A DNA stretch of 64,000 nt from contig BOLA01000001.1 in the NCBI GenBank assembly GCA_016861265.1, forward strand, positions 671,118 through 735,117, read 5' to 3'. The notes under the pieces are model-generated. The model saw nothing but the letters and a program-made list of their open reading frames with translations, searched no databases and was not told where the DNA came from. The translations under genes and the position numbers were made by a program. The stretch comes from Patescibacteria group bacterium (GTDB taxonomy: Bacteria > Patescibacteriota > Dojkabacteria > J137). Within the stretch, counting starts at the first letter, position 1; every line of letters starts with the position of its first letter. This document shows positions 12,325 through 22,109 of the stretch, one piece after another.

Positions 12325-13536
12325 ATGGCAAATACAGCCAAAAACAAACAAGCATCAGAGCTTTTAGATGCAGTTGTCCCCCCAAAAACTTATAAGAAAG
12401 GAAACATTATTGAAGGTACCGTTATTGATGTTAAAGACGGCCAAATTCTTGTAGATGTTGGCGCTAGAGCCGAAGGTGTAATTTCTGGAAGAGAAATGAA
12501 GCTTGAAGGCAAGAGAGTTAACAAAAAAGTTGGTGACGTAATTCTAGTTTATGTAGTTAATCCTGAAAATGAGGAAGGTCAAATTGAACTTTCCATTAGA
12601 AGAACTGGCTCAGAACTAAAATGGCACGAACTTGAATTAGCTAAGAAAAACGAAACTCCAATCGAAGTAAAGGTTATTGAAGCCAATACCGGAGGTGTTA
12701 TTGTTGAAATTAGCGAGACTATGAGAGGATTTGTACCTAGTTCTCAACTTAATAATAAAAGAATCTATGCTCCAAACTTATACTCTTCAAAAGAAGACTC
12801 TACAAAGGTTCTTCAGACTAAGTTAGCTGAGATGATCGGCGAAACTTTGAAGGTGAAAGTAATGGAAATAGATAAGGAGAAGAATAAAGTTATCCTTTCT
12901 GAAAAATCCGTATATTCCGAAACTGACATGAAGTTAAGAACACAAACATTAACTTCTTTGAAAGTTGGAGATGTATTGGAAGGTGCTGTTACAGGTATCG
13001 CTCCATTCGGATTATTCATTAATGCTCAGGGTCTTGAAGGATTAGTTCACTTGTCCGAAATTTCTTGGGATAAGGTAATTTCACCTGCAGACTTCTACCA
13101 TGTAGGAGATATTGTTAAGGTTCAAGTTATCGGATTACAGGACAATGGAAAGAGAGTAGCTTACTCCATTAAGAGACTACAAGAGGATCCATGGAAGAGC
13201 ATTGTACAAAAGTACAAAGTGGGTCAAATCGTAGAAGGTGAAGTTAAATCTATTGCTGACTACGGTGCATTTATTAAAATTGAAGACGGACTTAACGGCT
13301 TAGTTCATATTTCTGAACTATCAAGCAAATTAGTTAAGAATCCTTCTCAAGTAGTAAATGTTGGGGACAAAATCAAGGTAATGATAATCTCTATCTCAAA
13401 CGACGATAGACATTTAGGATTATCTTTAAAAAGAGCTCAAAAAACTGATGCAGCTACAGATGATGCATCTTCTAGAGAGTTAGAGGAATTAGACAAACTA
13501 ATTTCCGAGACTACTCCGGCAGAGAAAGCTGAGTAA
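12325..13536 (+). CDS. rpsA: 30S ribosomal protein S1 (short form with four S1 domains)
   Basis: Four repeated S1/OB domains (GxV...G.FV...GL.GL.H.SE...) in 403 aa. Confidence 0.85.
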   Translation: MANTAKNKQASELLDAVVPPKTYKKGNIIEGTVIDVKDGQILVDVGARAEGVISGREMKLEGKRVNKKVGDVILVYVVNPENEEGQIELSIRRTGSELKWHELELAKKNETPIEVKVIEANTGGVIVEISETMRGFVPSSQLNNKRIYAPNLYSSKEDSTKVLQTKLAEMIGETLKVKVMEIDKEKNKVILSEKSVYSETDMKLRTQTLTSLKVGDVLEGAVTGIAPFGLFINAQGLEGLVHLSEISWDKVISPADFYHVGDIVKVQVIGLQDNGKRVAYSIKRLQEDPWKSIVQKYKVGQIVEGEVKSIADYGAFIKIEDGLNGLVHISELSSKLVKNPSQVVNVGDKIKVMIISISNDDRHLGLSLKRAQKTDAATDDASSRELEELDKLISETTPAEKAE

Positions 13537-13558
13537 TTAGCTATTTGTAGATTGTTGG

Positions 13559-13583
13559 CCCTCGAGAAATCGAGGGTTTTTTT
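13559..13583 (+). terminator. Rho-independent terminator after rpsA
   Basis: CCCTCGAGAAATCGAGGG followed by TTTTTTT. Confidence 0.7.
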
Positions 13584-13689
13584 ATCTCTCAGAAAATAGT
13601 CATTGTACGTAAGGCTTATAGAAAAGTATACCTCCAAAAATTAAAATTAGCATGCTATACTTGTAACTGCTAAATGTTAAAATTTTCTA

Positions 13690-16212
13690 ATGGAAGATGA
13701 AGATATTAAAGGAATAAATAGACTTACTACCAATGCAAGAAGGGTAATTGAACAGGCTTATACAAATGCAGGAAGATACAAGTATAACGAATTCAAGGCT
13801 ATTCATCTTTTTTATACATTACTTCAGGATAAAGGGGGTATTGTATTCGAAATTTTGAACAAGCTTGGTGTAGACATAGAGTCCAGTGCAAGCAGAATTC
13901 TCAAGGAATTTGAGGAAAACGAGGCCCTACACATAGGAGAAGGGGTTCAAACGATTTTCGGAAAAGAAATTAAGGATGTTATAAATGAAAGTTTTATTGT
14001 TGCATTCAATTTGAACCATTTGTACATAGGAACTGAACACCTATTGTTGGGAATGTTTAATTTAAAAGATGTTCCCTTTATTGAAGAGCTTAAAAGCTTA
14101 GGCTTAAACGCAGAAGCAATTCGAAGAACTCTAGTTTCAGTGGGTAATTATAATGCACTAACTTCTGTGCTTAAAAATTCTGAAATGAATAATATAAATG
14201 AGTTTGGGCCTGAGTTCGGTCAAGGCGCCAAATCTGCTTTACCATACTTTACAAGGAATATGAACGAAGTTGCCGAGGAAGGTGGTTATCCTAATATTTC
14301 AGGAAGAGACCAGGAAATTCAAAGACTTATTCATATACTTGCAAGAAAAACAAAAAATAACCCAATACTAGTAGGAGATGCAGGAGTTGGTAAAACGGCT
14401 ATCGTAGAAGGTTTTGTGAACGCTATCGTAAAAAAGAAAGTACCGGCGTCATTCTTGAATGCAAAAGTGTTGAGTCTGGATATTGGCGCAGTATTGTCTG
14501 GAGCAAAGCTTAGAGGAGATGTTGAGGAAAGAATTTCGGCAGTAATTAACGAAGCAATGAATGATGAAAATACAATCATATTTATTGATGAAATTCATAA
14601 TATAGTAGGAGCAGGTAGTGCGGGCGGTAAGGACACCATGGACATTGCAAATATGTTAAAACCTTATCTAACAAACTCTACATTAAGTATTATTGGTGCA
14701 ACTACTCAAGATGAATACAGTAAATATTTTGAAACCGATTCTGCACTAACCAGAAGATTCCAGCCAATAACAGTTGACGAGTTAAGTATTGATAGTGCTA
14801 AACAAGTAATTTCAAAAGTGACTCCAGATCTAGAGAAATATCATAATGTAAAGATCACCGAAGAAGCTATAAATTCAGCTGTAGATTTATCGAATAAGTT
14901 TATTAGAGATAGGTATCTTCCCGACAAAGCCATAGACGTACTAGACGAAGCAGCAGCTAGCGTAAAAGTGGGCCGGGAAAAGGCATTAGAGCCCCAAATT
15001 AACGAGCTTAGTGATAAGTTGATTGATTACCAAAATAAAAAGAATGAGGCGTTAAAAAAACAGGATTTTAAAAGTGCAGCTAACTACAGGGAAAAGGAAG
15101 AGGGAATTGTTGAAGAGATTCAGGAAGTTATTAGTGGTAAAAAGAAAGTGGGTATTAAATATTCCAAGGTTGTATCTACAGATTTAATTAAAGAAATCAT
15201 AGTGGAATGGACAAAGATTCCAATTGTGGCGGCAGATATTTCCGATAAAAAGTTAAAGGATTTAGCCGATAATTTAAGAAAAAGGATAGTAGGAGAGGAT
15301 AGAGTTATTGATAACGTTGCGCAGGCCGTGCAAAGGTCTCATTTGGGTTTGAATGGGGGCAATAGGCCATTAGCAAGTTTTATGTTCCTGGGTCCTACGG
15401 GAGTAGGAAAAACTGAGTTAGCTAAGACTTTAGCGAAGGAGCTATTCGGTTCAGAAAATCTTCTGCACCAGATTAATATGAGTGAGTACATGGAAATGCA
15501 TAGTGTTTCAAAACTAATAGGTTCGCCTCCTGGATATGTAGGTTACCAGGAAGGTGGTCAGTTAACTACATTCGTAAAAAGAAAACCATATTCTGTTGTA
15601 CTTTTTGACGAAATTGAAAAGGCTCATCTAGATGTATTAAATATTCTGCTTCAAATTTTAGAGGAAGGAGAGCTTACTGATGGAAAGGGCAACAAGGTTA
15701 GTTTTAAGAACACAATTATAATTCTTACATCTAATATCGGCGCTGACGATATTTCAGAAGACTCAAAGCTTGGATTTGATATCGAAGTCGAGGATATTAA
15801 AAAGGACGAAATGGAAGAAGCCTATGATGACATGAGAAATAGGGTAATGGAAGAATTAAGAGAGACTCTAAGGCCAGAATTGCTAAATAGAATAGATTTA
15901 ATAGACATATTTAGAGGTCTAAATAAAGATGATTGCCTAAAGATTTCTAAGCTTACAATAGATGAATTTACGAAAAGATTAATTCCTTTAGGAATACTAT
16001 TTGAAGCGACAGAAGATGTTGTTAAGAAAATTAATGATGAAGGATACAGCAAGGAATACGGGGCAAGAAATATTAGAAGAAAAGTTCAAGAGCTACTAGA
16101 AAATGGGTTGGCAGAATTTTTATTAAAACAAAAACTATCTAAGAAAAGAAAAGATCTAGTAAAGATTGTAGCCTCTGTAAAGGGCGATAAGATTGTATTT
16201 ACTAGTAATTAA
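13690..16212 (+). CDS. clpC: ATP-dependent Clp protease ATP-binding subunit, ClpC-like class I AAA+ chaperone
   Basis: N-terminal Clp_N repeats and two AAA+ modules (GDAGVGKTAIVEG; GPTGVGKTELAK). The middle domain is short with a UVR-like motif, which points to ClpC rather than ClpB. Confidence 0.85.
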   Translation: MEDEDIKGINRLTTNARRVIEQAYTNAGRYKYNEFKAIHLFYTLLQDKGGIVFEILNKLGVDIESSASRILKEFEENEALHIGEGVQTIFGKEIKDVINESFIVAFNLNHLYIGTEHLLLGMFNLKDVPFIEELKSLGLNAEAIRRTLVSVGNYNALTSVLKNSEMNNINEFGPEFGQGAKSALPYFTRNMNEVAEEGGYPNISGRDQEIQRLIHILARKTKNNPILVGDAGVGKTAIVEGFVNAIVKKKVPASFLNAKVLSLDIGAVLSGAKLRGDVEERISAVINEAMNDENTIIFIDEIHNIVGAGSAGGKDTMDIANMLKPYLTNSTLSIIGATTQDEYSKYFETDSALTRRFQPITVDELSIDSAKQVISKVTPDLEKYHNVKITEEAINSAVDLSNKFIRDRYLPDKAIDVLDEAAASVKVGREKALEPQINELSDKLIDYQNKKNEALKKQDFKSAANYREKEEGIVEEIQEVISGKKKVGIKYSKVVSTDLIKEIIVEWTKIPIVAADISDKKLKDLADNLRKRIVGEDRVIDNVAQAVQRSHLGLNGGNRPLASFMFLGPTGVGKTELAKTLAKELFGSENLLHQINMSEYMEMHSVSKLIGSPPGYVGYQEGGQLTTFVKRKPYSVVLFDEIEKAHLDVLNILLQILEEGELTDGKGNKVSFKNTIIILTSNIGADDISEDSKLGFDIEVEDIKKDEMEEAYDDMRNRVMEELRETLRPELLNRIDLIDIFRGLNKDDCLKISKLTIDEFTKRLIPLGILFEATEDVVKKINDEGYSKEYGARNIRRKVQELLENGLAEFLLKQKLSKKRKDLVKIVASVKGDKIVFTSN

Positions 16213-16237
16213 CCTCTTTGTCGAAGCTTGTCTTCCG

Positions 16238-16268
16238 GCCCTCTTCTTTTGAAGAGGGCTTATTTTTA
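16238..16268 (+). terminator. Rho-independent terminator after clpC
   Basis: GCCCTCTTC TTTT GAAGAGGGC followed by TTATTTTTAT. Confidence 0.75.
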
Positions 16269-16335
16269 TACTAAATCTAGCTGCGGACGTACCTATAGGA
16301 TCTGATGTGTAAAGTTTAGGAAAATACTATAGGTG

Positions 16336-16363
16336 TTGACAAAATATAGTTATAGGGTATAAT
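16336..16363 (+). promoter_or_regulatory. Near-consensus sigma70 promoter (TTGACA, 16-nt spacer, TATAAT) in the rho leader
   Basis: TTGACA at 16336-16341 and TATAAT at 16358-16363. Confidence 0.55.
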
Positions 16364-16393
16364 AATATTGTCTTTAATAAATGTTTCGTTGAA

Positions 16394-16478
16394 GCCTAAT
16401 CCCAGAGTCTGGTTCGCGTACATCATTCTAAGAAATTAGGGTGAACTTACTGGACTCTAGGATTAGGCTTTTTATTTC
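16394..16478 (+). promoter_or_regulatory. Long leader hairpin plus U-tract. Candidate rho attenuator or small RNA.
   Basis: A 16-bp inverted repeat, GCCTAATCCCAGAGTC (16394-16409) and GACTCTAGGATTAGGC (16454-16469), is followed by TTTTTATTT. It lies between the promoter and the rho start. Confidence 0.45.
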
Positions 16479-16614
16479 CTCAAAATTTGAATTTCCCTTA
16501 AAGTTGTTATATCATTGAGAGAATTCAATAGAACAAATTTCATTATTCTTGAAAGTTTTAAAATCCCATCCACAAAATTTCGTTTTATTAAAGTTTAATT
16601 TTAATTAAATAACT

Positions 16615-17907
16615 ATGGCTACTGCAAAAAAAGACTCAATAGCGAAGTCTACAAGTATAAAAGAGCTAGAAGATTTGAGTTTAGCTGAACTAAGAAAAAT
16701 CGCTTCTGAACTAGACATTAAAGATTCCCAAGATTACAAAAAAAACGATTTAATATTAGCAATTCTTGCCGAACAAACTAAGCGAGGCGGTAATATTTTC
16801 GCAGAAGGATTCCTTGAGATTGTGAAAGATACTCACGGTGTACTAAGGTCTGCAACAATGCTTCCTGCCGATAGCGATGTTTATGTATCAGGTTCTCAGA
16901 TTAAGAGATTTAACCTAAGACAGGGAGATTTTATATCTGGTCAGGCTCGAGCACCTAAAGAAGGTGAAAGATATCTTAGCTTACTAAAAATAGAAGCTAT
17001 TAACGGAACTAGCCCAGAAAAGGCTATCTCGAGACCATCATTTCAAAAACTTACCCCAATTTATCCAGATAAACAGATTACGTTAGCTACTGAACAGCAT
17101 ATTTTATCTACTAGAGTAATTGACTTAATTAGTCCAATTGGTAAAGGTCAAAGAGGTATGATTGTTGCTCCTCCCAAAGCAGGTAAAACCTGGTTAATGA
17201 AAGATATTGCAAATGGTATTGCCGTAAATCACCCAGAAATTCATTTGATGGTTGTATTAGTAGGCGAGAGACCAGAGGAAGTTACTGATATGCAAAGATT
17301 TGTAAAAGGCGAAGTTATTGCTGCAAACTTTGACGAACCACCAGAATTTCATACAAAAATAGCGGAAATGGCTGTAGAAAGAGCGAAAAGATTAGTGGAA
17401 TACGGTCAAGATGTTGTAATTTTAATGGATAGTATTACTAGATTGGCAAGAGCATACAATATTGTAGCCCCACCATCGGGAAGAACTTTATCAGGTGGTT
17501 TTGACCCTGTGGCTATCTTCCCACCAAAGAAATTCTTCGGTGCTGCTAGAAACATGGAAAATGGAGGCTCCCTAACTATTATTGCTACAGCATTAGTAGA
17601 TACAGGTTCAAAAATGGATGATGTTATCTTTGAAGAGTTTAAAGGTACAGGTAACATGGAAGTTAAATTAGATAGAAGGCTAACTGAAAGAAGAATATTC
17701 CCTGCAATCGATGTGACTGCCTCTTATACAAGAAACGAAGATAAACTATTGGCTCCAGAAGTCTTAGCTCAAACATGGAGAGTAGTTAGGATGTTAGACA
17801 CAATTAAGTCAGAAACTAACGCTAGTCCTACAGATGTGCTTCTTGAAAGGCTAAAAAAGACTAAAAACAACGATGAGTTCTTGGCAACTTTGCATGAGAG
17901 CATGTAA
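16615..17907 (+). CDS. rho: Transcription termination factor Rho
   Basis: The Rho N-terminal domain, an OB/CSD RNA-binding domain and the RecA-like ATPase (GQRGMIVAPPKAGKT) are present. Confidence 0.9.
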   Translation: MATAKKDSIAKSTSIKELEDLSLAELRKIASELDIKDSQDYKKNDLILAILAEQTKRGGNIFAEGFLEIVKDTHGVLRSATMLPADSDVYVSGSQIKRFNLRQGDFISGQARAPKEGERYLSLLKIEAINGTSPEKAISRPSFQKLTPIYPDKQITLATEQHILSTRVIDLISPIGKGQRGMIVAPPKAGKTWLMKDIANGIAVNHPEIHLMVVLVGERPEEVTDMQRFVKGEVIAANFDEPPEFHTKIAEMAVERAKRLVEYGQDVVILMDSITRLARAYNIVAPPSGRTLSGGFDPVAIFPPKKFFGAARNMENGGSLTIIATALVDTGSKMDDVIFEEFKGTGNMEVKLDRRLTERRIFPAIDVTASYTRNEDKLLAPEVLAQTWRVVRMLDTIKSETNASPTDVLLERLKKTKNNDEFLATLHESM

Positions 17908-17935
17908 GAATTCCCCCTCTAAACTGTGATAAAAT

Positions 17936-17963
17936 AGAATGTCGAATTAAATTTCGACATTCT
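17936..17963. terminator. Perfect palindromic hairpin after rho
   Basis: AGAATGTCGAAATT AAA TTTCGACATTCT. Confidence 0.4.
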
Positions 17964-17996
17964 AAAACAGTTGTATAGTTATTTTTATCACAAAAC

Positions 17997-19199
17997 TTGA
18001 AACTACCTAAAAGAAAAACTTCTGAATCAATACAATCAAAAAAGAAAGTGGGTAGTCCATTAAAAAGAATTAAATCAATTAAATGGATTCCTGTTAATAT
18101 TGCAGATCTTGTTATTAAAATCTTTAACTCAATAAAGAATGCATTTGTATACAGATCCTATTGGGGTAGGAGTAATACATATAAACAAGCCGTTCATATT
18201 GCAATATTTGTAATTACAATAGTTGTTGCTTTCTCCGGGGTTTCTTATAGAATATTCGGTTTAAACGAGTCTAGTCAGAGTTTAAGTAGTAATTACCTAG
18301 GCAACGCAGGTAATGTAGATCTTCTCCAACAAGGAGGTAGTGTACAGAGTTTAATTGCTTCAATCTCATCTACCCCTTTTAAAATTAACTACTATCAAGT
18401 TCAGTCAGGAGACAGCCTACAAAGTATAGCCGAAAAATTTGGAGTTTCTAAGGAAACAATAAAATGGTCAAATGTAGACAAGTATGGTAATTATGACTCC
18501 TATACAAATGAAACAGTAAATATAGGAGACGAATTAAAGATTCCAGAAATAACAGGTGTATTATATGAAGTTAGAGAGGGTGATACTCTCGATTCAATCC
18601 TAAATAAGACAAGTGGTGACCGATTCACTACAATTGAGGTTAATCAAATTCAATCCGATAACTCAATTGTTGGTAGACAAACAATTCTAGTTCCTGATGG
18701 ACGTCTTGCAGCTCCCCAGCCTCCTTTGCCGGTATATAATGTCTTCTACAGACCTAGACCAGCAGCAGGTGACTGTACAAGTGGCACAGGTACACCAATT
18801 AATGGGATTACATTATCCAACCCTCTTTGTAGTAAAGACTGTGAAGGATATACAATATCTCAATACTATTCAGGTCCGTATCCGCTCCATGATGGTATCG
18901 ATTTATCTAAAGGCGGTGGTTGTACGGAGAGTGCATTGTGTGATGGTATAATTACTTTTGCTGGTGATGCAGGGTTTAATAATGGGGGGTATGTTGTTAA
19001 AATAGATTGCGGAAACGGAGTTGTTGCTTCATATTTTCACGGAGATGGTAATATATGGGTATCTGCTGGAGATAAAGTTACAAAAGGTCAACCAGTACAG
19101 TACATGGGATGTACGGGTTGGTGTACTGGAACTCATCTACATTTAATAATTAAGGTAAATGGGGTAACTGTTGACCCAGGTCCTTATGTTCCTTTATAA
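17997..19199 (+). CDS. LysM-domain M23 family metallopeptidase with an N-terminal TM anchor
   Basis: Two LysM repeats (YQVQSGDSLQSIAEKFGVS; YEVREGDTLDSI) and a C-terminal M23 domain (HDGIDL...HLHL). Confidence 0.8.
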   Translation: MKLPKRKTSESIQSKKKVGSPLKRIKSIKWIPVNIADLVIKIFNSIKNAFVYRSYWGRSNTYKQAVHIAIFVITIVVAFSGVSYRIFGLNESSQSLSSNYLGNAGNVDLLQQGGSVQSLIASISSTPFKINYYQVQSGDSLQSIAEKFGVSKETIKWSNVDKYGNYDSYTNETVNIGDELKIPEITGVLYEVREGDTLDSILNKTSGDRFTTIEVNQIQSDNSIVGRQTILVPDGRLAAPQPPLPVYNVFYRPRPAAGDCTSGTGTPINGITLSNPLCSKDCEGYTISQYYSGPYPLHDGIDLSKGGGCTESALCDGIITFAGDAGFNNGGYVVKIDCGNGVVASYFHGDGNIWVSAGDKVTKGQPVQYMGCTGWCTGTHLHLIIKVNGVTVDPGPYVPL

Positions 19200-19214
19200 G
19201 TATAATCTCTTCAC

Positions 19215-19287
19215 GTCCTTGTAGCTCAATGGATAGAGCAGTCCCGTCCTAAGGGAAAGGTTGGAGGTTCGACTCCTCCCAAGGATA
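19215..19287 (+). tRNA. tRNA-Arg (CCT)
   Basis: Cloverleaf with a GGTTCGACTCC T-arm and anticodon loop GTCCTAA. No CCA is encoded. Confidence 0.8.
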
Positions 19288-19302
19288 TTTTTTGTATTAA
19301 AA

Positions 19303-19323
19303 AAGGCTCCTTTCGGAGCCTTT
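19303..19323. terminator. Bidirectional terminator hairpin between the tRNA-Arg/M23 unit and ndk
   Basis: AAAGGCTCC TTTC GGAGCCTTT flanked by A-run and T-run. Confidence 0.65.
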
Positions 19324-19336
19324 AATTTGGTTAAAT

Positions 19337-19939
19337 TTAATCCACAATTGCATCCCAGTCTTTACTGTAAAGGATTTTCTCAATTGCTAAATCATAGTTA
19401 CAGAACTCACTTTCGTCGAACCACACTTTAATTTCTCTTTCTGCTTCGCTTACAGAAGAAGAAGCATGAACTAAGTTTCTAGCAGCTCTATCGGTTTCGT
19501 CTGCAACAATATATGAATCGATTGTAAAATCAGCTCTTATTGTTCCTACATCAGCCTTAAGAGGGCTTCCGTGACCTACTACTTTTCGAACATGTTCAAT
19601 TGCATGAGCAGCCTCAATTACAAGAGCAATTGTAGGACCTGCCATAAGCATTCCAACCAATTTTCTTTGAGTTGATTCTGCGTATTCAATGTTTGTTTTT
19701 TCTATTGGTAGACCTTTTTCCTGTCGAACGGCAATTGTTCTATCTCCGCTAGCAATCTTTTCCTCTTCCGACCACTTATAGTGTTCCATGGCCATAGTTT
19801 TATCTGCCTGCTTCATTTTCATTGCAATCACTTTTAGTCCTTTTCTTTCAAATCTAGTTAGAATTTCTCCTACTAGACCCCTTTGTACTGCATCCGGCTT
19901 TAGTAGAACTAGTGTTCTTTCGTGTAATCCTGTTCTCAT
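19337..19939 (-). CDS. ndk: Nucleoside diphosphate kinase with internal insertions and a C-terminal extension
   Basis: Contains RTLVLLKPDAVQRGLVGEI, RFE.KGL and NLVHASSSVSEAEREIKVWF. It is 200 aa against the usual ~140. Confidence 0.8.
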   Translation of the reverse strand: MRTGLHERTLVLLKPDAVQRGLVGEILTRFERKGLKVIAMKMKQADKTMAMEHYKWSEEEKIASGDRTIAVRQEKGLPIEKTNIEYAESTQRKLVGMLMAGPTIALVIEAAHAIEHVRKVVGHGSPLKADVGTIRADFTIDSYIVADETDRAARNLVHASSSVSEAEREIKVWFDESEFCNYDLAIEKILYSKDWDAIVD

Positions 19940-20019
19940 AAATTAGTAATTTATTAATATGTAAGGCTATAATATTGTTAATTGGATTATATTCCACTTA
20001 ATTTAAAAAGCCAACATAA

Positions 20020-21040
20020 ATGATTAACAATATACTTACACCTAAACGAATTGCCATTGATTTCGGCACTGCAAATTGTGTAATTATAATGGACGGTAAG
20101 GGTATTATTTTACAGGAACCGACTGTTGTAGCAATTTCACCTAAAGAAAAGAAAGTACTAGCGATTGGAGAGGATGCAAAGATAATGTTAGGGTAAAGTC
20201 CCTGAAGGGGTTGAGGCCAAAAGGCCACTTAAAAATGGTGGGATTTCTAATTATAGATTGGCCGAAGCCTTGTTAAGGCGTTTCTTTAAGAAAACAATGG
20301 GCAGGATTATGATAGTTAAACCCGAAGTAATTGTATCAGCCCCAGCTGGACTAACTTCAGTCGAGGAGCGAGCCCTAACACAAGCTCTAGCCTCCGTAGG
20401 AGCTGGAAAAATTTATATATTACCTGAACCTGTAGCAGCAGCAATTGGTGCAGGAATGCCAATTAATCTCCCAACAGGCAACTTAATTGTTAATCTAGGT
20501 GGTGGAACAGCGGAGGTAGCAGTGTTATCACTGAATGGAGTAGTTGCATACGAGTCTTATAGAGGAGCCGGTGATGCATTAAACGAGGCCATTACTAATT
20601 ATTTAAAAAGAAAGCATAATTTAATAATTGGTGAGAATACTGCTGAAGATATTAAAATACAATTTGCCTCTGCCTTAGAAGTCAAGAATCCAGTCCAAAT
20701 TGAAGTCAAGGGTAAGAATTCGAAGAATGGTCAACCCTCTGTTGTTTATATAAACTCAAATGAATTGGTTGAACCTACTAGAGAAGTACTTAACAATATT
20801 GCTAATACAGTAAAGAGAGTATTAACAAAGACACCACCAGAACTTATGGCCGATATAATAGACAACGGCATGATACTAAGCGGTGGAACATCTATGCTTA
20901 AAGGTATAGATGAGTTCTTAACAAAGGCAGTTGGAATACCTGCTAGTGTAGTTGATGAACCTTTAACTTGTGTTGCCAGAGGACTGGATATTGCACTGCA
21001 TAATTTAAATAGTTATAAGAGGAGTATTAAAATAACATAA
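20020..21040 (+). pseudogene. mreB: mreB paralog disrupted by a +1 frameshift near 20189-20197
   Basis: The N-terminal 58 aa (MINNILTPKRIAIDFGTANCVII...AIGEDAKIMLG) end at TAA 20194-20196. The actin-like continuation (GKVPEGVEAKRPLKNGGISNY...) reads in the +1 frame from 20192 and runs through ORF 20258-21040. Confidence 0.75.
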
Positions 21041-21041
21041 T

Positions 21042-22109
21042 ATGAAAGATCAGACTTTTAAAGAGATTCTACAGGAGTTAGGCAATATAGAAGTAACTCC
21101 ACTTTTAACGCCTATTCCTACGAATTTATCTGAAGAAATGGATAAATTTTTTAAAACACCCGGTTACAATCCTCAATTCAAGTACAGTAGACGCGACTTA
21201 TCTATGCAACGTAAACAAATAGATGAGTCTTTTGAGAAAATAGATTCTTCTTTACTAGAAGAAACTGAGAAGAAGTACCTTCTTGATGTTGCTTTCTTTA
21301 TTGAGTGCTTAATTGATCTGAACGAGTCACTAGGTAAGGAGAATTTATTCTGGGAGAATATACAGAGAGTCTATAATTGGGACTTAAATACTACTCCGGA
21401 CTTTAACAATTTAATATTAAGAAAAGAAGTTTCTGAGAATATCTACAATGCGATTACAATAAAGCAGAAACTAGAAGAAGCCCTAAATTCTCGTAACCTA
21501 GCGTGGAAAGTGGAGATTGTAGGGAAGGATAGGAGTGATGTGAGAGTGAGTATTGATAAACGGGTAGTTAATGTAGGAGAGCAAGCAGTATCAAATCCAA
21601 TCAAGCTCAAAAAAACAATTGTTCACGAGATTGATAGTCACATAATAAGATATGAAAATGCCCTAAAAACTGGCATTTCTATAATAGTTAGGGGTAATCT
21701 GCCTGGAAAAATATTAGCCGAAGAAGGTTTTGCAGTATTTAATGAGTATAAAAATGGGGTATTAACAACAGAAGACCTAGATAGGTATAAAATGAGATTC
21801 GAATTATGTAGAGAAGGCGGTAGTTTTAGGGAAATTTATACTAAATGTATTGATGTATATAAATTAAGCTCTACAAAGGCCTTTGAGACAACTCTACGAG
21901 TAAAACGAGGCTATGGGGATACTAATTATCCATATATACATAAAAAGGATTCATCTTATCTAAAAGGTTTAGAGCTAATTATTCAATCAGTTAAAGAAGT
22001 TGAGGACTATAAACATTTGTTCTGGGGTAGAGTACCTTCGGAAAATGAATATATTTTTAGTAAGCTGAGACTGGAAGACATAGATTTTACCTACCCCAGT
22101 TGGCTTTAA
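21042..22109 (+). CDS. Hypothetical HExxH protein, possibly DUF1704/QEGLA-motif family
   Basis: Contains HEIDSH (HExxH) and a downstream AEEGFAV motif resembling QEGLA. The family assignment is from memory only. Confidence 0.4.
   Translation: MKDQTFKEILQELGNIEVTPLLTPIPTNLSEEMDKFFKTPGYNPQFKYSRRDLSMQRKQIDESFEKIDSSLLEETEKKYLLDVAFFIECLIDLNESLGKENLFWENIQRVYNWDLNTTPDFNNLILRKEVSENIYNAITIKQKLEEALNSRNLAWKVEIVGKDRSDVRVSIDKRVVNVGEQAVSNPIKLKKTIVHEIDSHIIRYENALKTGISIIVRGNLPGKILAEEGFAVFNEYKNGVLTTEDLDRYKMRFELCREGGSFREIYTKCIDVYKLSSTKAFETTLRVKRGYGDTNYPYIHKKDSSYLKGLELIIQSVKEVEDYKHLFWGRVPSENEYIFSKLRLEDIDFTYPSWL

Noticed and set aside
19998-20228. Minus-strand 76-aa ORF
   Set aside because: It is antisense to the MreB N-terminal coding fragment, which has clear homology. 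Low-complexity translation.
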